64,000 nucleotides of DNA from Candidatus Poribacteria bacterium (GCA_965218095.1 OZ244587.1:2016001-2080000); one strand, 5' to 3'. Shown: positions 1 through 11,274, counted from the first letter of the stretch. The notes: generated by a model not told the origin, from the letters alone. Numbers and translations: made by a program.

Positions 1-609
1 GCTCATTGGTGAATGTGCTTTTCGGTGGATTTGGTGTGATTAATATGGATGTCGCAGAAGTAGATGACATCTACGAAGGCAAAGTCAGATCCACCTCGCC
101 AGAGGAGGTTACGATACTGTTGAAAGTCGCTCGTCGCGTGGTTTTGTGTCGGAATATGGCATGGCGGTGGCGCAAGCGCAACACGCGGTGAGGGATTTAT
201 TTTACCTGTTGGAGGAGCGAGGGATTGACGTTGCGTTTGCCATCCACCCTGTTGCGGGACGGATGCCCGGTCATATAAATGCCTTGCCTACGGAAGCAGA
301 TATCCCGTATAATAAGTTGAAAGAGATGGATGAGATCAATCGTAACCTTGAACAAACGGATGTCTGCATCGGGATCGGTGCAAATGATGTGGTCAATCCC
401 GTCGCACGCATCGATCCGAGCAGTCCCATCGCTGCCATGCCGATTATCAATGTGGATAAGTCGAAAACGGTTGTTGTGATAAACGCAGTTTGAGCCCCGG
501 CTTTGCCGGAATCCCAAACCCGATTTTTGCCGCCCTTAACGCACTAATGTTGTTTGGGGATGGGGAGCAGATGGTTCAGGAGTTAATAAGCGTAATCAAG
601 GAAGGCTGA
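1..609 (+). pseudogene. pntB: NAD(P)+ transhydrogenase subunit beta, C-terminal part, two frameshifts
   Basis: Three frames give ...ARRVVL / YGMAVAQAQH..FAIHPVAGRMPGH..IGANDVVNP..MPIINVDK / KRSLSPGFAGIPNPIF..MLFGD; shifts near 147 and 480; runs off the left edge. Confidence 0.85.
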
Positions 610-638
610 AAAAACAGGAAAGTAGGAGTGTTGAAATT

Positions 639-1469
639 ATGCAGTACGTAATACGCAACACGGATTACGCCCCGATGGATCGGGATCTCGCTTCGCTAGG
701 GACATTACGTTTCGTCTATCTGGCGTTGTTTCTTCTGATGTTCATCGATCCGATTTCCGTGCTGGCTGAAGACAGTCTATCATCGCTTGATGTCAAAGCC
801 ATTGTCAAAAGAATTGATGAACTCTATCGTAGCGAAACCAGTCAGGCGCACATGGAGATGCAAATTGTCACGCCCCACTGGGAAAGAACCTTGGCTCTGG
901 AAGTCTGGACAAAGGGGATGGACAGGACCTTCATCTTGATTACATCGCCCAAAAAAGAGAAGGGCGTTACGACCTTGCGGATTGGGAATGAAATGTGGAA
1001 TTATCTCCCCAAGACAAACAAGGTGATGAAAGTGCCACCATCAATGATGATGGGGTCTTGGATGGGTTCTGATTTTACGAATGACGACCTCGTCAAGGAA
1101 TCATCAATGCTTGACGATTACACCTACCAACTCATCACACCGGCAGATGCCCAACCTGACCATCTCTACATTCAACTGCTGCCAAAGGAAGACTCACCGA
1201 TTGTCTGGGGCAAACTGATTGTCGCTGTCCGAGCGAGCAATCTGATTCCGGTTTGGCAGCATTTCTACGACGAAAAAGGGCGCCTGATGCGGGTCATGAA
1301 TTTCAAAGATGTCCAACCGTTTGACGGAAAGACTGTACCATCGGTCATAGAGATGATACCGCAAAACAAAGAAGGACACAAAACCGTCGTACGGTTTGTG
1401 GACGCTGAGTTTGACAAGCGGATTGACGAAAAAATCTTCACGCGCCGAAACCTTCGGAAGAGGAGATAA
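639..1469 (+). CDS. LolA-like outer-membrane lipoprotein-sorting protein
   Basis: N-terminal hydrophobic segment; MWNYLPK..SWMGSDFTNDDL motif; first gene of an ABC operon. Confidence 0.85.
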   Translation: MQYVIRNTDYAPMDRDLASLGTLRFVYLALFLLMFIDPISVLAEDSLSSLDVKAIVKRIDELYRSETSQAHMEMQIVTPHWERTLALEVWTKGMDRTFILITSPKKEKGVTTLRIGNEMWNYLPKTNKVMKVPPSMMMGSWMGSDFTNDDLVKESSMLDDYTYQLITPADAQPDHLYIQLLPKEDSPIVWGKLIVAVRASNLIPVWQHFYDEKGRLMRVMNFKDVQPFDGKTVPSVIEMIPQNKEGHKTVVRFVDAEFDKRIDEKIFTRRNLRKRR

Positions 1470-1659
1470 GTCGGGGGCGAGGACGCGTGGATGTGAGTGA
1501 ACTTGTGAAGGTTCAATGTTTCAGTAGTTCATAGCATTATGTTTTATACTCAGCATGGGCATAGATTTGTACTCCTGAACCCCTCACGTCAGCAGATTCA
1601 GGGAAAGCTTATCACTCAGAACAACATATTGGAGCAGATGACCTTTTTCGGTATACGCT

Positions 1660-2877
1660 ATGATGACACTCAAAATTGCATTCCGCAACATTTTCCGTCA
1701 AAAACGACGCACAATACTAACCGCACTCGCAATGATTGTCGGATTTACGCTCTCGTCGGTGTTCATCGGCTGGTCCGACGGCGCGTATTCCGACATTATC
1801 GCGATGTTTACGCAGAACCGCATCGGGCATATTCAGGTGCATCGCCACGGCTATCTCGATAAGCCGTCGCTCTACAAGACGATAAGTAATTACGAATCTG
1901 TAGGGCAGACCATCAGGAGCGTAAAAGGGGTGGAGGCGTGGACGCCGCGGGTGTACTCGGCGGGACTTGGTTCGGTTGGCGAAAAGAGCACCGGCGTACA
2001 AATCATCGGTATCGATGTGGCACGTGAAGTCCAAGCGACCCGATTTGATAAAAAAATCATTGATGGAAGGGAGATCTCAGCGCAGCCAGCGCGTGAAGCA
2101 GTTTTAGGTCAGGGGCTTGCGAGAAACCTTTCTGCGACGGTCGGTGACGAAATCGTGATTGTTTCGCAGGGTGCCGACGGCTCAATCGCTAACGAGTTGT
2201 ATAAGATTGTTGGTATTGCAGAAAGCGGCGACGACACCACAGATCGGATGGCGTGTTACCTCCACATCGGAGACGCGCAGGAGTTGCTTGTTCTTGAAGG
2301 ACGCTCCCACGAAATTGTTGTGATTATATCAAACATCAACCGTGTCCACAAAATTACGAAGACAATCGAAGCCGGCCTCAATGATTCAACGCTCGATGTT
2401 GCCCCTTGGCAAGAAGTCGCTAAGGCCTTCTATCGGGCGATGCAGGCGGACAAGCAGGGTGATGCTATCGGACGGGTTATCATCATGCTCATCGTCGCTA
2501 TCGGCGTATTGAATACAGTCCTGATGTCGGTGCTGGAGAGAACGAGCGAATACGGCGTGTTGAAAGCAGTCGGAACGAAACCGGGACAAATCTTTTGGTT
2601 GGTGATTTGCGAAGTGCTCATCATCGCCCTTGGTAGCATCGTTGTCGGTGCTGGACTCGGTACTGCGATTAATCATCTGCTATCAATATATGGCATCACA
2701 TTCCCACAGGAGTTTACTTACGGCGGCATCAAATTTCAGACGATGTACGCCGAAGTCAACGCACGGAGTCTCATTATTCCTGCGATTACCGTCATTCTAT
2801 CGGCAGGTATAGTCAGTATATTTCCCGCGCTGAAGGCGGCGCGAATTATGCCGGCCAAGGCGATGCGAACCCATTGA
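1660..2877 (+). CDS. ABC permease, FtsX/LolC-E (MacB-like) family
   Basis: AFRNIFRQKRRT N-terminus; NTVLMSVLERTSEYGVLKAVG motif; 4 TM layout. Confidence 0.9.
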   Translation: MMTLKIAFRNIFRQKRRTILTALAMIVGFTLSSVFIGWSDGAYSDIIAMFTQNRIGHIQVHRHGYLDKPSLYKTISNYESVGQTIRSVKGVEAWTPRVYSAGLGSVGEKSTGVQIIGIDVAREVQATRFDKKIIDGREISAQPAREAVLGQGLARNLSATVGDEIVIVSQGADGSIANELYKIVGIAESGDDTTDRMACYLHIGDAQELLVLEGRSHEIVVIISNINRVHKITKTIEAGLNDSTLDVAPWQEVAKAFYRAMQADKQGDAIGRVIIMLIVAIGVLNTVLMSVLERTSEYGVLKAVGTKPGQIFWLVICEVLIIALGSIVVGAGLGTAINHLLSIYGITFPQEFTYGGIKFQTMYAEVNARSLIIPAITVILSAGIVSIFPALKAARIMPAKAMRTH

Positions 2878-2940
2878 GGTCAGCAGTCAAGGGACAAAAT
2901 AAATTACCTTATCACGCATCACGGTTCACGGTTCAAAATC

Positions 2941-4170
2941 ATGTGGCTAATCCTCATCAAACTGGCTTGGAGAAATCTCTTTCGGAATAAACGACGCACC
3001 ATCATTGCTTCGATAGCGATTGGTATCGGTCTGGCTGCGTTAATCTTCGCCGATGCGCTGTGGGTTGGGATGGAGCGGAACATGGTCAAAACTGCCACCG
3101 CTTCGTTTCTCGGCGATGGGCAGATTCATCGGAAAGACTTCCGCGACACGCAGGCGGTCGAAATGACGATCAATCAACTCGACGAAGTAATCGAGAGCCT
3201 CTCACAAGAAGCGATTGTCCAACAGTTTACCCCCCGAACATTCGCTTTCGGGATGATTACCTCGTCGGCAAATGTCAGCGCAATTAGCCTAGTGGGGGTC
3301 CAACCATCGACAGAACGATTCTTATCCCAGATCGATGATGCAATCATAGAGGGGGCATACTTTGAAGGGGATAACAATCGCGATATTGTGATTGGTGCGA
3401 AACTAGCGGAACTGCTTGAGGTTACATTTGGCAATCGGGTCGTCGTTACCGTTGCTCAATCAGAGAGCGGCGATCTATCCCAAGAGATGTTTCGGATTTC
3501 AGGAATCTATCATCTCGGCGATGATGCAATGAGTGGGGGCATGGCGTTTGTGCGGCTGCGAAAAGCACAAGAGATGCTTGCCATCGGTGCCGGCGTCCAT
3601 GAAATTGCTCTCAAATTTACTGACACAAAATATGGACAGGATAAAGATCTTCCATTTTGGGAGCGGTATTCTCAACACGACAACGAAGCGTTAGGCTGGA
3701 CGGAAATCCTACCCCAATTGCAAGCCGCATTTGAGATGTCCAAGTATAGCAAATACATCATGGGGGTTATCCTCTTTGGTGCTGTTGTGTTCGGAATTAT
3801 CAATACGCTCTTTATGTCGCTGTATGAGCGGATGTTCGAGTTTGGCGTATTACGCGCCGTTGGCACCCGCCCTTTCGGGATGGCGCGACTGATTTTATTT
3901 GAAGCTGGGGCGTTGGCGATTGTGAGTATCGTGCTCGGTGCCATCCTCGGTTTCGTCTTGACGTCGATATTCACAAAAGTCGGCATTGATTATACCGGTA
4001 TTGAAATGATAGGCGTGACGATACAGGAACTCATCTACCCTATCATGACCATCAAACCGTTCATTTTGTATCCGATCTGGGTGTTTGTCTTCACCATTAT
4101 CACTGGACTGTATCCGGCTCAATACGCGGCGAAGATATCCCCGGCAACCGCGATGCGTAGGAGTTTTTAG
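2941..4170 (+). CDS. ABC permease, FtsX/LolC-E family (second paralog)
   Basis: AWRNLFRNKRRT; NTLFMSLYERMFEFGVLRAVG. Confidence 0.9.
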   Translation: MWLILIKLAWRNLFRNKRRTIIASIAIGIGLAALIFADALWVGMERNMVKTATASFLGDGQIHRKDFRDTQAVEMTINQLDEVIESLSQEAIVQQFTPRTFAFGMITSSANVSAISLVGVQPSTERFLSQIDDAIIEGAYFEGDNNRDIVIGAKLAELLEVTFGNRVVVTVAQSESGDLSQEMFRISGIYHLGDDAMSGGMAFVRLRKAQEMLAIGAGVHEIALKFTDTKYGQDKDLPFWERYSQHDNEALGWTEILPQLQAAFEMSKYSKYIMGVILFGAVVFGIINTLFMSLYERMFEFGVLRAVGTRPFGMARLILFEAGALAIVSIVLGAILGFVLTSIFTKVGIDYTGIEMIGVTIQELIYPIMTIKPFILYPIWVFVFTIITGLYPAQYAAKISPATAMRRSF

Positions 4171-4249
4171 TGAGCAAAAGTGACGGAAGGAAAGAACGGA
4201 AGAATCTGTTTCACGCATTACGTTTTACGTTTTGCACAAGGAACTAACA

Positions 4250-4945
4250 TTGACGAAGACTGATGTGATTGTCACAGAGCAGATTACGAAGGTGTATGCG
4301 GAAAATGGCGTACCCGTCGAAGCCCTTCGGGGAGTTGATTTAACGATTCGATCCGGAGAGTTTACTGCGTTGGTGGGACCATCTGGATCGGGGAAAACCA
4401 CGCTTCTCAACATCATTTCCGGGTTAGATGCACCGACGGAGGGGAAGGTCTGGTTGTCGGGCAAGCTACTGTCGGGCATGAGCGGCAATGAACTGTCCGA
4501 TTTTCGCCGAGACAACATTGGCTTCATCTTTCAGGCATACAATCTCATTCCCGTGCTGACGGTGGAAGAGAACGTGGAATATATTATGCTCTTGCAACGT
4601 GTGTCTAAAGCAGAACGGCATAAACGCGTCGCCGCAATGCTTGAAGAGGTTGGGCTAGCGGGATTTGCAGACCGAAACCCACCGCAGCTCTCAGGGGGAC
4701 AACAACAGCGTGTCGCCATTGCACGGGCGATGGTCTCTGAACCTACAATTATCCTCGCGGATGAGCCGACTGCGAACCTCGACTCTAGAACAGGTGCAGA
4801 CCTACTTGATATGATGAGTCACCTCAACGCGCAGACAAACATGACGTTCGTATTTTCAACCCATGACCCAATGGTGATGAAAAGAGCGAAACGTTTGATA
4901 ACGCTAAAGGACGGACAAGTTGAGAGTGACGAGATTAAAGGGTAG
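4250..4945 (+). CDS. ABC ATP-binding protein, LolD/MacB-like
   Basis: Walker [19 protein letters not shown], Walker [10 protein letters not shown]-loop STHD; TTG start after AAGGA (ORF open from 4232). Confidence 0.92.
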   Translation: MTKTDVIVTEQITKVYAENGVPVEALRGVDLTIRSGEFTALVGPSGSGKTTLLNIISGLDAPTEGKVWLSGKLLSGMSGNELSDFRRDNIGFIFQAYNLIPVLTVEENVEYIMLLQRVSKAERHKRVAAMLEEVGLAGFADRNPPQLSGGQQQRVAIARAMVSEPTIILADEPTANLDSRTGADLLDMMSHLNAQTNMTFVFSTHDPMVMKRAKRLITLKDGQVESDEIKG

Positions 4946-4964
4946 AGTGGGCATCATCAGCCAA

Positions 4965-6176
4965 ATGTATCTGTGGTGGGCGATGATCATGCTCCCAACC
5001 ATCGCCTTGGCCAACGATGAACTTCAAATCAGCGGGTACTACAAAAACTTTTCCACAGGTTTGGATTCCCCCTTGCCGGACGAACCAATTATCGGTGCGG
5101 TAAGCAACCGACTGCGACTGAATTGCACTTACGCGCCCACCAATGGGCTTTCGTTTGATCTCTCCTACAATTTCGCGCCCCGTATTCAAGACCCCTCGCT
5201 GTTTTCTGAGTCACCAATCGCAGTTGCCGCGGCTCCACTCCGCTATCGCGTTGCAGATTTTGATGCTGTTATCTATCCAGACCAGAATGATCCGGTTGGT
5301 AGTTTCGGACTCTTTCAGGATCTCGATCGCGCTTCAATCGCGTACAGCGCCGATTTTGGGGACATCACAATTGGTCGCCAAGCCATTGCATGGGGGAGTG
5401 CGCGGGTCGTAAACCCAACGGACGTTATTGCCCCCTACACCTACAACGAACTGGACACAGAGACCCGAATCGGTGTGGATGCGATTCGGGTTCAGATTCC
5501 GATTGGTGTGTTGGGAGAATTTGATACCGGCTATGTTTTCGGCGAGGATTTGGCATTTGAAAAGAGTGCCTTCTTCCTCCGGAGCCAACTGAATGCGGTA
5601 GAGACTGACTTCTCAATTTTACTGTTGGGATTTCGTGAACATCTGATGACAGGTTTTGATATGGCGCGGGCAATCGGCGGCGCCGGATTCTGGCTTGAAG
5701 CGGCTTACATTTACTCCAACGCATTCGATGGTGAAAACGGGAATGCGGAAAACTATCTCCGTGCGTCAATAGGCTTAGACTACAGTTTCGGCGGCAGGGC
5801 TTATGGGTTCATCGAATATCATTTCAGCGGCGCAGGTGCACAGGGACCTGAAGATTATCTTGCCAATCTGACCCAACCGGCGTACGCCGACGGGGCGGTC
5901 TACCTCATGGGCAGACACTACTTTGTTCCCGGATTCATCTGCCAAATCACGCCGCTCATCACGTTAAGTAGCGTGATGCTATCGAACATCTCCGATCCCT
6001 CGGTGTTCCCCTCTCTGCAGATTGAATACAACTTTGCACAAGACATCTATCTCTCCGCCGGTGGATTCATCGGGATCGGCAAACCTCCTGAAACCGAAGA
6101 CGAAGAAACACAATTCAGATCGGAGTTTGGTGGATATCCAAACCTCTTTTTTTCATCGTTCCGGATCTATTTCTGA
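4965..6176 (+). CDS. Putative outer-membrane beta-barrel protein
   Basis: Signal peptide; GRQAIAWG motif; alternating aromatic strands; C-terminal FRIYF; start uncertain (ORF open from 4920). Confidence 0.7.
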   Translation: MYLWWAMIMLPTIALANDELQISGYYKNFSTGLDSPLPDEPIIGAVSNRLRLNCTYAPTNGLSFDLSYNFAPRIQDPSLFSESPIAVAAAPLRYRVADFDAVIYPDQNDPVGSFGLFQDLDRASIAYSADFGDITIGRQAIAWGSARVVNPTDVIAPYTYNELDTETRIGVDAIRVQIPIGVLGEFDTGYVFGEDLAFEKSAFFLRSQLNAVETDFSILLLGFREHLMTGFDMARAIGGAGFWLEAAYIYSNAFDGENGNAENYLRASIGLDYSFGGRAYGFIEYHFSGAGAQGPEDYLANLTQPAYADGAVYLMGRHYFVPGFICQITPLITLSSVMLSNISDPSVFPSLQIEYNFAQDIYLSAGGFIGIGKPPETEDEETQFRSEFGGYPNLFFSSFRIYF

Positions 6177-6904
6177 ACGATGGGACGATTCTGGTTTAGG
6201 AACATAGGTACTTCTTGGACATTTTTGTGAATTTCCCCGTGAGAATTAGATGGGAATGGTATGAATGCGTGTTCGTACGAGTAGAGCCATTTAATTTTCG
6301 GAAGACCCTGTTCGTAGTGAGGCATAGCGAGAGTGTCATTAAAACGCGACTCCAATTCTCAACTCGCTTTGTAAATTTCTAGCGTTTCCATTTTTTGTTC
6401 ACCTTTTTTTACTTTTGTGCTATAATTTTGCCTCGATTGGCCTTTTAGCTTTGGGAGCGCTTGGCAGTCGAAACACGTTTCACGAGCCAGGGGCAAACCA
6501 TAAGAAGTTGCCTGGATTTACCTTCGATGGTGCCGACCCGATTACGAAGTCCAACCTGTCCCATGCTGTCTCCTGGGATGGTAGTGGTCACTCCTTCCAG
6601 TTTCGATAGCCTAGCGGCACCTTTCTCCAGGCATCTTGATGAAAGGAGTGTGGTTTTGTGGCGGGGATACAAGAACCATCATCGGATAGGTATTCAGTCC
6701 TCAACAAACCCAAATGGCTTGCGTTTTATGGACTTGATCCTTTTCTTATAACGACAATCAAAAGCAACCGAGATACAACAGTATTCCCAAGCAGGTTTCC
6801 CCTAAGGATTTTACGCAGTGAGTATTACGCACGCGATTACATCTGCGCCGCCGGAGCCTGATGTGTGATAATAGGAGAACGCAGAGAGTACATCTTGGGC
6901 TATT

Positions 6905-7200
6905 TTGTATGGTCTGGTATATGTATGGAATCAGGAGGGTAGATCGCTAAAGGCCGATTCCGCAGCCATTCGGTGTTTGGACACATCATCGGAATCAATA
7001 ATCGCCTCGGGAGATGCCAATGGAAATCTAGGTATTTGGTCTCGAAGAGGTGACAAACTGCTTAAGATGCTTCAAATATCAACAGAGAATATTTCGGCGC
7101 TTTGTGTCTCACGGTGGGCTAAAGCCGCCCTCATCGCGACAGCCGTTCAAGACAACAGCATTGTCATCTAGTCATATGACGGTGCTCGAGAACGAACCAT
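6905..7200 (+). pseudogene. WD40-repeat fragment
   Basis: IIASGDANGNLGIW and LIATAVQDNSIVI* (TAG where W is expected). Confidence 0.5.
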
Positions 7201-7329
7201 AACTACATCGGATGAACCCGCTACGCATCTCGCTTTCTTTCCAAGGGGCCTGCCTTATACCAGTTCCAGATCTAAAGGCTACTAACCCTTTTCCGAGGAT
7301 CAGTGATAGAGTATACTGTCTTCGTATTA

Positions 7330-8185
7330 GGTTCTGTTGACATTTCAAGGGAGCCATATAAGAGTGGAGACAAAGCTGAGAAATCCAAAATAACGGACAG
7401 CTAGCTTCTCAAACCGAGAGAAGATACGACGATACCATTTTATCTTGTTGATGAAACATTCAATCCGATGTCTCTCTTTGTAGATGCCTCTCTTTGTATA
7501 AGTGTTTGTCATACGTTCTTTGGTCAACACGATGACTTTTGGGCGGTATCACCGCAATCGCTCCATTCGCCTCAATAACCGCGATAAAAGCGTCTGAATC
7601 GTACCCCTTGTCTCCAATCACATATTCACTGTTATATCCGATTATCAACCCTTCCGCCTCAGTTATGTCATGTCTCTGACCGGGGGTCAGATGAATTCTT
7701 AGGGGATTGCCTAGTCCGTCAACTGTGATGTGAATTTTTGTGCTGAAACCGCCCCGAGACCGACCTAATGCTTGGTTTTCAGTGCCACCCTTTTTTTTAA
7801 GGCGCCAGCTTTTTAAGGCGCCCGCCGCAGACGGGTGAGCGCGGCAGATGGTACTGTCCACAATAAGCGACTTGATATCGGGGTCAGAGGCGAAGTGGGG
7901 GTGCATCTGTGTGAAGATACCTTTGTCGCACCATCGAGCAAACCGCTTGTAGCGGGTGTTCCATTTGCCATAGGTGTCTGGTAGAAGTCTCCATTGAGCC
8001 CCACTACGAGTCACCCACAGGACGGCTTCGACGAAGCGGCGTGTAGCAGCTTAGCAGCTTCGTCGCCAAGATGGTGGGACAGCTTAGAAGAAACCGGTAT
8101 ATCTTATTCCATTGTTCATCAGGTAAGGTTATTGGCGTCATTCTTCTATTATGCCACAACCTTATACTCAAATGTCAACAGAACC
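7330..8185 (-). mobile_element. IS5-family (IS427-like) element, copy 1, defective
   Basis: TIR GGTTCTGTTGACATTT/AAATGTCAACAGAACC flanked by TA; transposase [20 protein letters not shown]; frameshifts. Confidence 0.92.
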
Positions 8186-8315
8186 TAGGAGCCGGTTGAT
8201 CCAGATTTGGTATAAAGATGTTGATGAATATTTGGTATCGCGGCAAACAACCCATGACTGCTGAAGAGTGGAAACACATTCTGCAAACTATCCGAATTGT
8301 GGTTAGATAATAAAG

Positions 8316-8630
8316 ATGAGCATGAAATTTATAGATCTTTCCGCGGGGCTCGGCGGTTTCCATCAGGCACTTAAGCGGCTCGGTCATCAATGTGTTTTTG
8401 CATGCGAAATTGATGACCAACTCAACACGCTATACGAGAAGAATTTTGGACTCAAACCTGCTGATGAAGTCATGCGTGCCCTTCCTTCATATTCGAGAAG
8501 GCAACAGAAACAATTCCCAACATGGAAAATCCGATTCATTCGGGAGAACCGCGAGTTCTATGACACTCACAAGAATTGGATTGATAAATGGCCACCATAG
8601 ATTTTAGAAGTGCCTCAGAGTTACCAGAAA
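8316..8630 (+). pseudogene. DNA (cytosine-5) methyltransferase remnant
   Basis: KFIDLSAGLGGFH..CVFACEID..YEKNFG (motifs I-II) joined directly to variable-region sequence; catalytic PC motif absent. Confidence 0.75.
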
Positions 8631-8751
8631 TCAACCGATACCAAATTAACCAGATTGGTATTGGTTTTCCGCCTCGCATTTCCAGTCTTCCGCTCCAGCG
8701 GAGCGGTACGTGACTCATGAAATTAATTTGGTATAAAAGGATTTCATAGCG

Positions 8752-9258
8752 ATGTTAAGATACCAGCTATTTCCGAGGTCGGTGGGAATAACAAAACAAA
8801 TTCAGCAAGTCATCGAATGCTTTGATCTAACCTACGACGAAATAAAATCTCCAGAAAACCAACTAAAAAGTAACGAAGTTTTAGACATCTTGAGACCTCA
8901 TCTTGAAAATATAGAATTCACAGTTGAAACCGGAAAAGCAAGGGGGAAGAAAATTCCTGTGCCCGTTCTCTTTGGTTTGAATAATAGCGTTGACAAATCT
9001 TTCAACGCAGATGGCATAAGCAATGATGGCAGAATTGTTCTGGAAGTTGAAGCAGGCAGAGCAACTATAAATTTTGCGTTTCTTAAAGATATCTTTCAGG
9101 CCTGTATGATGCATGGCGTTGAATTTTTAATTCTGGCTGTTAGGAACAATTACAGGGGGATGGACGATTTTCAACAAGTTTACACATTTTTGGAAACCTT
9201 ATACATCAGCAGTCGATTAGTTTTGCCTCTGAAAGGTATTACTCTTATTGGATATTGA
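8752..9258 (+). CDS. Putative PD-(D/E)xK restriction endonuclease-like protein
   Basis: FNADG..VLEVEAGRA..LKDI; AT-rich; next to the MTase remnant. Confidence 0.6.
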   Translation: MLRYQLFPRSVGITKQIQQVIECFDLTYDEIKSPENQLKSNEVLDILRPHLENIEFTVETGKARGKKIPVPVLFGLNNSVDKSFNADGISNDGRIVLEVEAGRATINFAFLKDIFQACMMHGVEFLILAVRNNYRGMDDFQQVYTFLETLYISSRLVLPLKGITLIGY

Positions 9259-9344
9259 TAGTCAAACGATGTCATTTACAACCGTCATTTCCCTTGCCAT
9301 AGATTATGGATACAAGCCGGAAGTGGCAACACTTCAAGAGTTCA

Positions 9345-9707
9345 GAACTTGACGAGGGGGATCATACCAAGATTGCTGATGCCTTGGCCGAATGGCGAGA
9401 CCCAACCGTTGATAATCGGCATACGGTTTACAATCTCGAAGTTCACAACGATCACACGTATGATGTCTCTAATCTGGGGATTTGAGTGCATAACAGTTGT
9501 GTAACACCAAAGGGTCGGACTTTGACAACCCATGCTCAAGAAAGTTTGCAACGGCATGGTTTTAACAATGTCGCTGATGTTGATAATGTCATCGATCACG
9601 CCACAAGAACTACGACTCAGACTGACGGTGCAACCGTCTATATCAAAAGAGTAGGCGGTAGGCGCCGAAGGTATGACATCGTTATTGTAGACGACACGGG
9701 GGTTTGA
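9345..9707 (+). pseudogene. Polymorphic-toxin tip: PT-HINT C-terminus plus small toxin-like domain
   Basis: One frame reads TVYNLEVHNDHTYDVSNLGI*VHN-SC then RTLTTHAQESLQRHGF..; TGA at 9483-9485 where W is expected. Confidence 0.65.
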
Positions 9708-9824
9708 CTAGTCTGCGAAACCAAACAACCACCAACTTGAGAACCTTCTGACGAGGTTATTCACACCGAAATCTAACAAGCCATATGACAGCAACCGGAA
9801 ACACCCTGGAGGGACTCCACGAAT

Positions 9825-10766
9825 ATGAACGCTGAAGACGTACGACGAATCGGTGTTATCGGCGCGGGCCTCATGGGCCACGGCATCGCTCTGCAATTTG
9901 CGATCGGCGGCTACGATGTTGTGGTGGTCGACACCACCAACGACAACCTCCGGCGGGCCATGGACAACGTCCGGAAATCTCTCGATGTGCTGGCGGAGTT
10001 GGGGCTTGTCGGCCAGCAAACGGCAGCGGCAGCGCCCGACCGCATCCACACCAGTATCTCCCTCGCCAACTCGGTTGCCGACGTGGACTTTCTGGTGGAG
10101 GCCGTGTTCGAGGACCTGTCGCTCAAGCAGAGCGTCTTCGCTGACCTCGACCGCTTCGCCCCAGAGCACGCCATCTTCACCAGCAACACGTCGTCCTTCA
10201 TGACCAGCCAACTCGCGCCATCAATGAATCGACCGGACAAAATCGTCGTTGCGAACTGGTGGAATCCACCCTACTTGCTGCCCCTCATTGAGGTCGTCCG
10301 TGGGCCGGAAACCAGCGACATGACCATCGACATCACGACCGGAGTGTTTTCCAAGCTGGGCAAGCAGCCCGTAGTGCTCCAGAAGGAGTCGCTGGGGTTC
10401 ATCGGCAACCGGATGCAGTTCGCCCTCCTGCGCGAGGCACTGTCCATCGTGCAGAAGGGGATTGCGACAGCGGAGGACGTGGACATGGTGGTCAAGACCA
10501 GTTTCGGGAGACGGCTCGCGGTGGCGGGTCCCCTGGAGGTCTTCGACATCGCGGGTTGGGACACGATTTCGGCGATCATCGACCAGCTCTTCCCCGACCT
10601 TGAGACTGGAAGCGAGACGCCGGGGCTAGTGAGTGACATGGTCGAGCGAGGCGACCTCGGCATAAAGTCAGGACAGGGCTTCTACGAATGGGATGACAAC
10701 TCGGTGGCAGCACTCCGTCGGCGCATATCGCGCGCCCTGGCGAGCATCGATCAGTTTTCGGCCTAG
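9825..10766 (+). CDS. 3-hydroxyacyl-CoA dehydrogenase family protein
   Basis: GAGLMGHGIA, EAVFEDL, SNTSS, NPPYLLPLIEVV, GFIGNR. Confidence 0.92.
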   Translation: MNAEDVRRIGVIGAGLMGHGIALQFAIGGYDVVVVDTTNDNLRRAMDNVRKSLDVLAELGLVGQQTAAAAPDRIHTSISLANSVADVDFLVEAVFEDLSLKQSVFADLDRFAPEHAIFTSNTSSFMTSQLAPSMNRPDKIVVANWWNPPYLLPLIEVVRGPETSDMTIDITTGVFSKLGKQPVVLQKESLGFIGNRMQFALLREALSIVQKGIATAEDVDMVVKTSFGRRLAVAGPLEVFDIAGWDTISAIIDQLFPDLETGSETPGLVSDMVERGDLGIKSGQGFYEWDDNSVAALRRRISRALASIDQFSA

Positions 10767-10842
10767 TGCCGGGGCGAGTCCTTCACCCTCACCCAAACCC
10801 TCTTTCTCGACGGAGGGGAAACCAGAAAATAAGGAAGAAACA

Positions 10843-11274
10843 ATGGTACAGCGATTACACCACACAGGATTCGTTGTTCGGGACCGAGACAAGGCCGTCG
10901 CCTTCTACCGCGACATCGTCGGCCTCAACGTCATCAGCGAGTACGAGCGCATCGGCCCGAAAATTGACCAGGTCGTCGGGTACGAGGATGTCCACCTGAA
11001 GTTGGCCCTACTTGACCTGGGCGGCGGCCACATCCTGGAGCTCATCCAATACGTAAATCCGCCGCCAGACGAGCGCCCGACGGCGGAACGCAGTGTACTG
11101 GGGGCGGCGCACCTAGCGTTTGAGGTGAAAGACATCTCGGCGATGTTCGCAAAAATGTCAGAGGGCGGAGCGAAAATGATGAATCCGCCTGTCCAAATCG
11201 CCCCAGGCCGGATCGCCTGCTACTTCCAGGACCCGGACGGTAACTGGTTGGAGTTGATGGAGCTTGACGAATAA
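10843..11274 (+). CDS. VOC/glyoxalase family protein
   Basis: LHHTGFVV..LELIQY..HLAFEV..DPDGNWLELME; ATG after AAGGAAG. Confidence 0.9.
   Translation: MVQRLHHTGFVVRDRDKAVAFYRDIVGLNVISEYERIGPKIDQVVGYEDVHLKLALLDLGGGHILELIQYVNPPPDERPTAERSVLGAAHLAFEVKDISAMFAKMSEGGAKMMNPPVQIAPGRIACYFQDPDGNWLELMELDE

Noticed and set aside
9483-9485. TGA in the HINT remnant as selenocysteine
   Set aside because: The position corresponds to W/L in G-x-W-VHN, and the surrounding gene is degraded.
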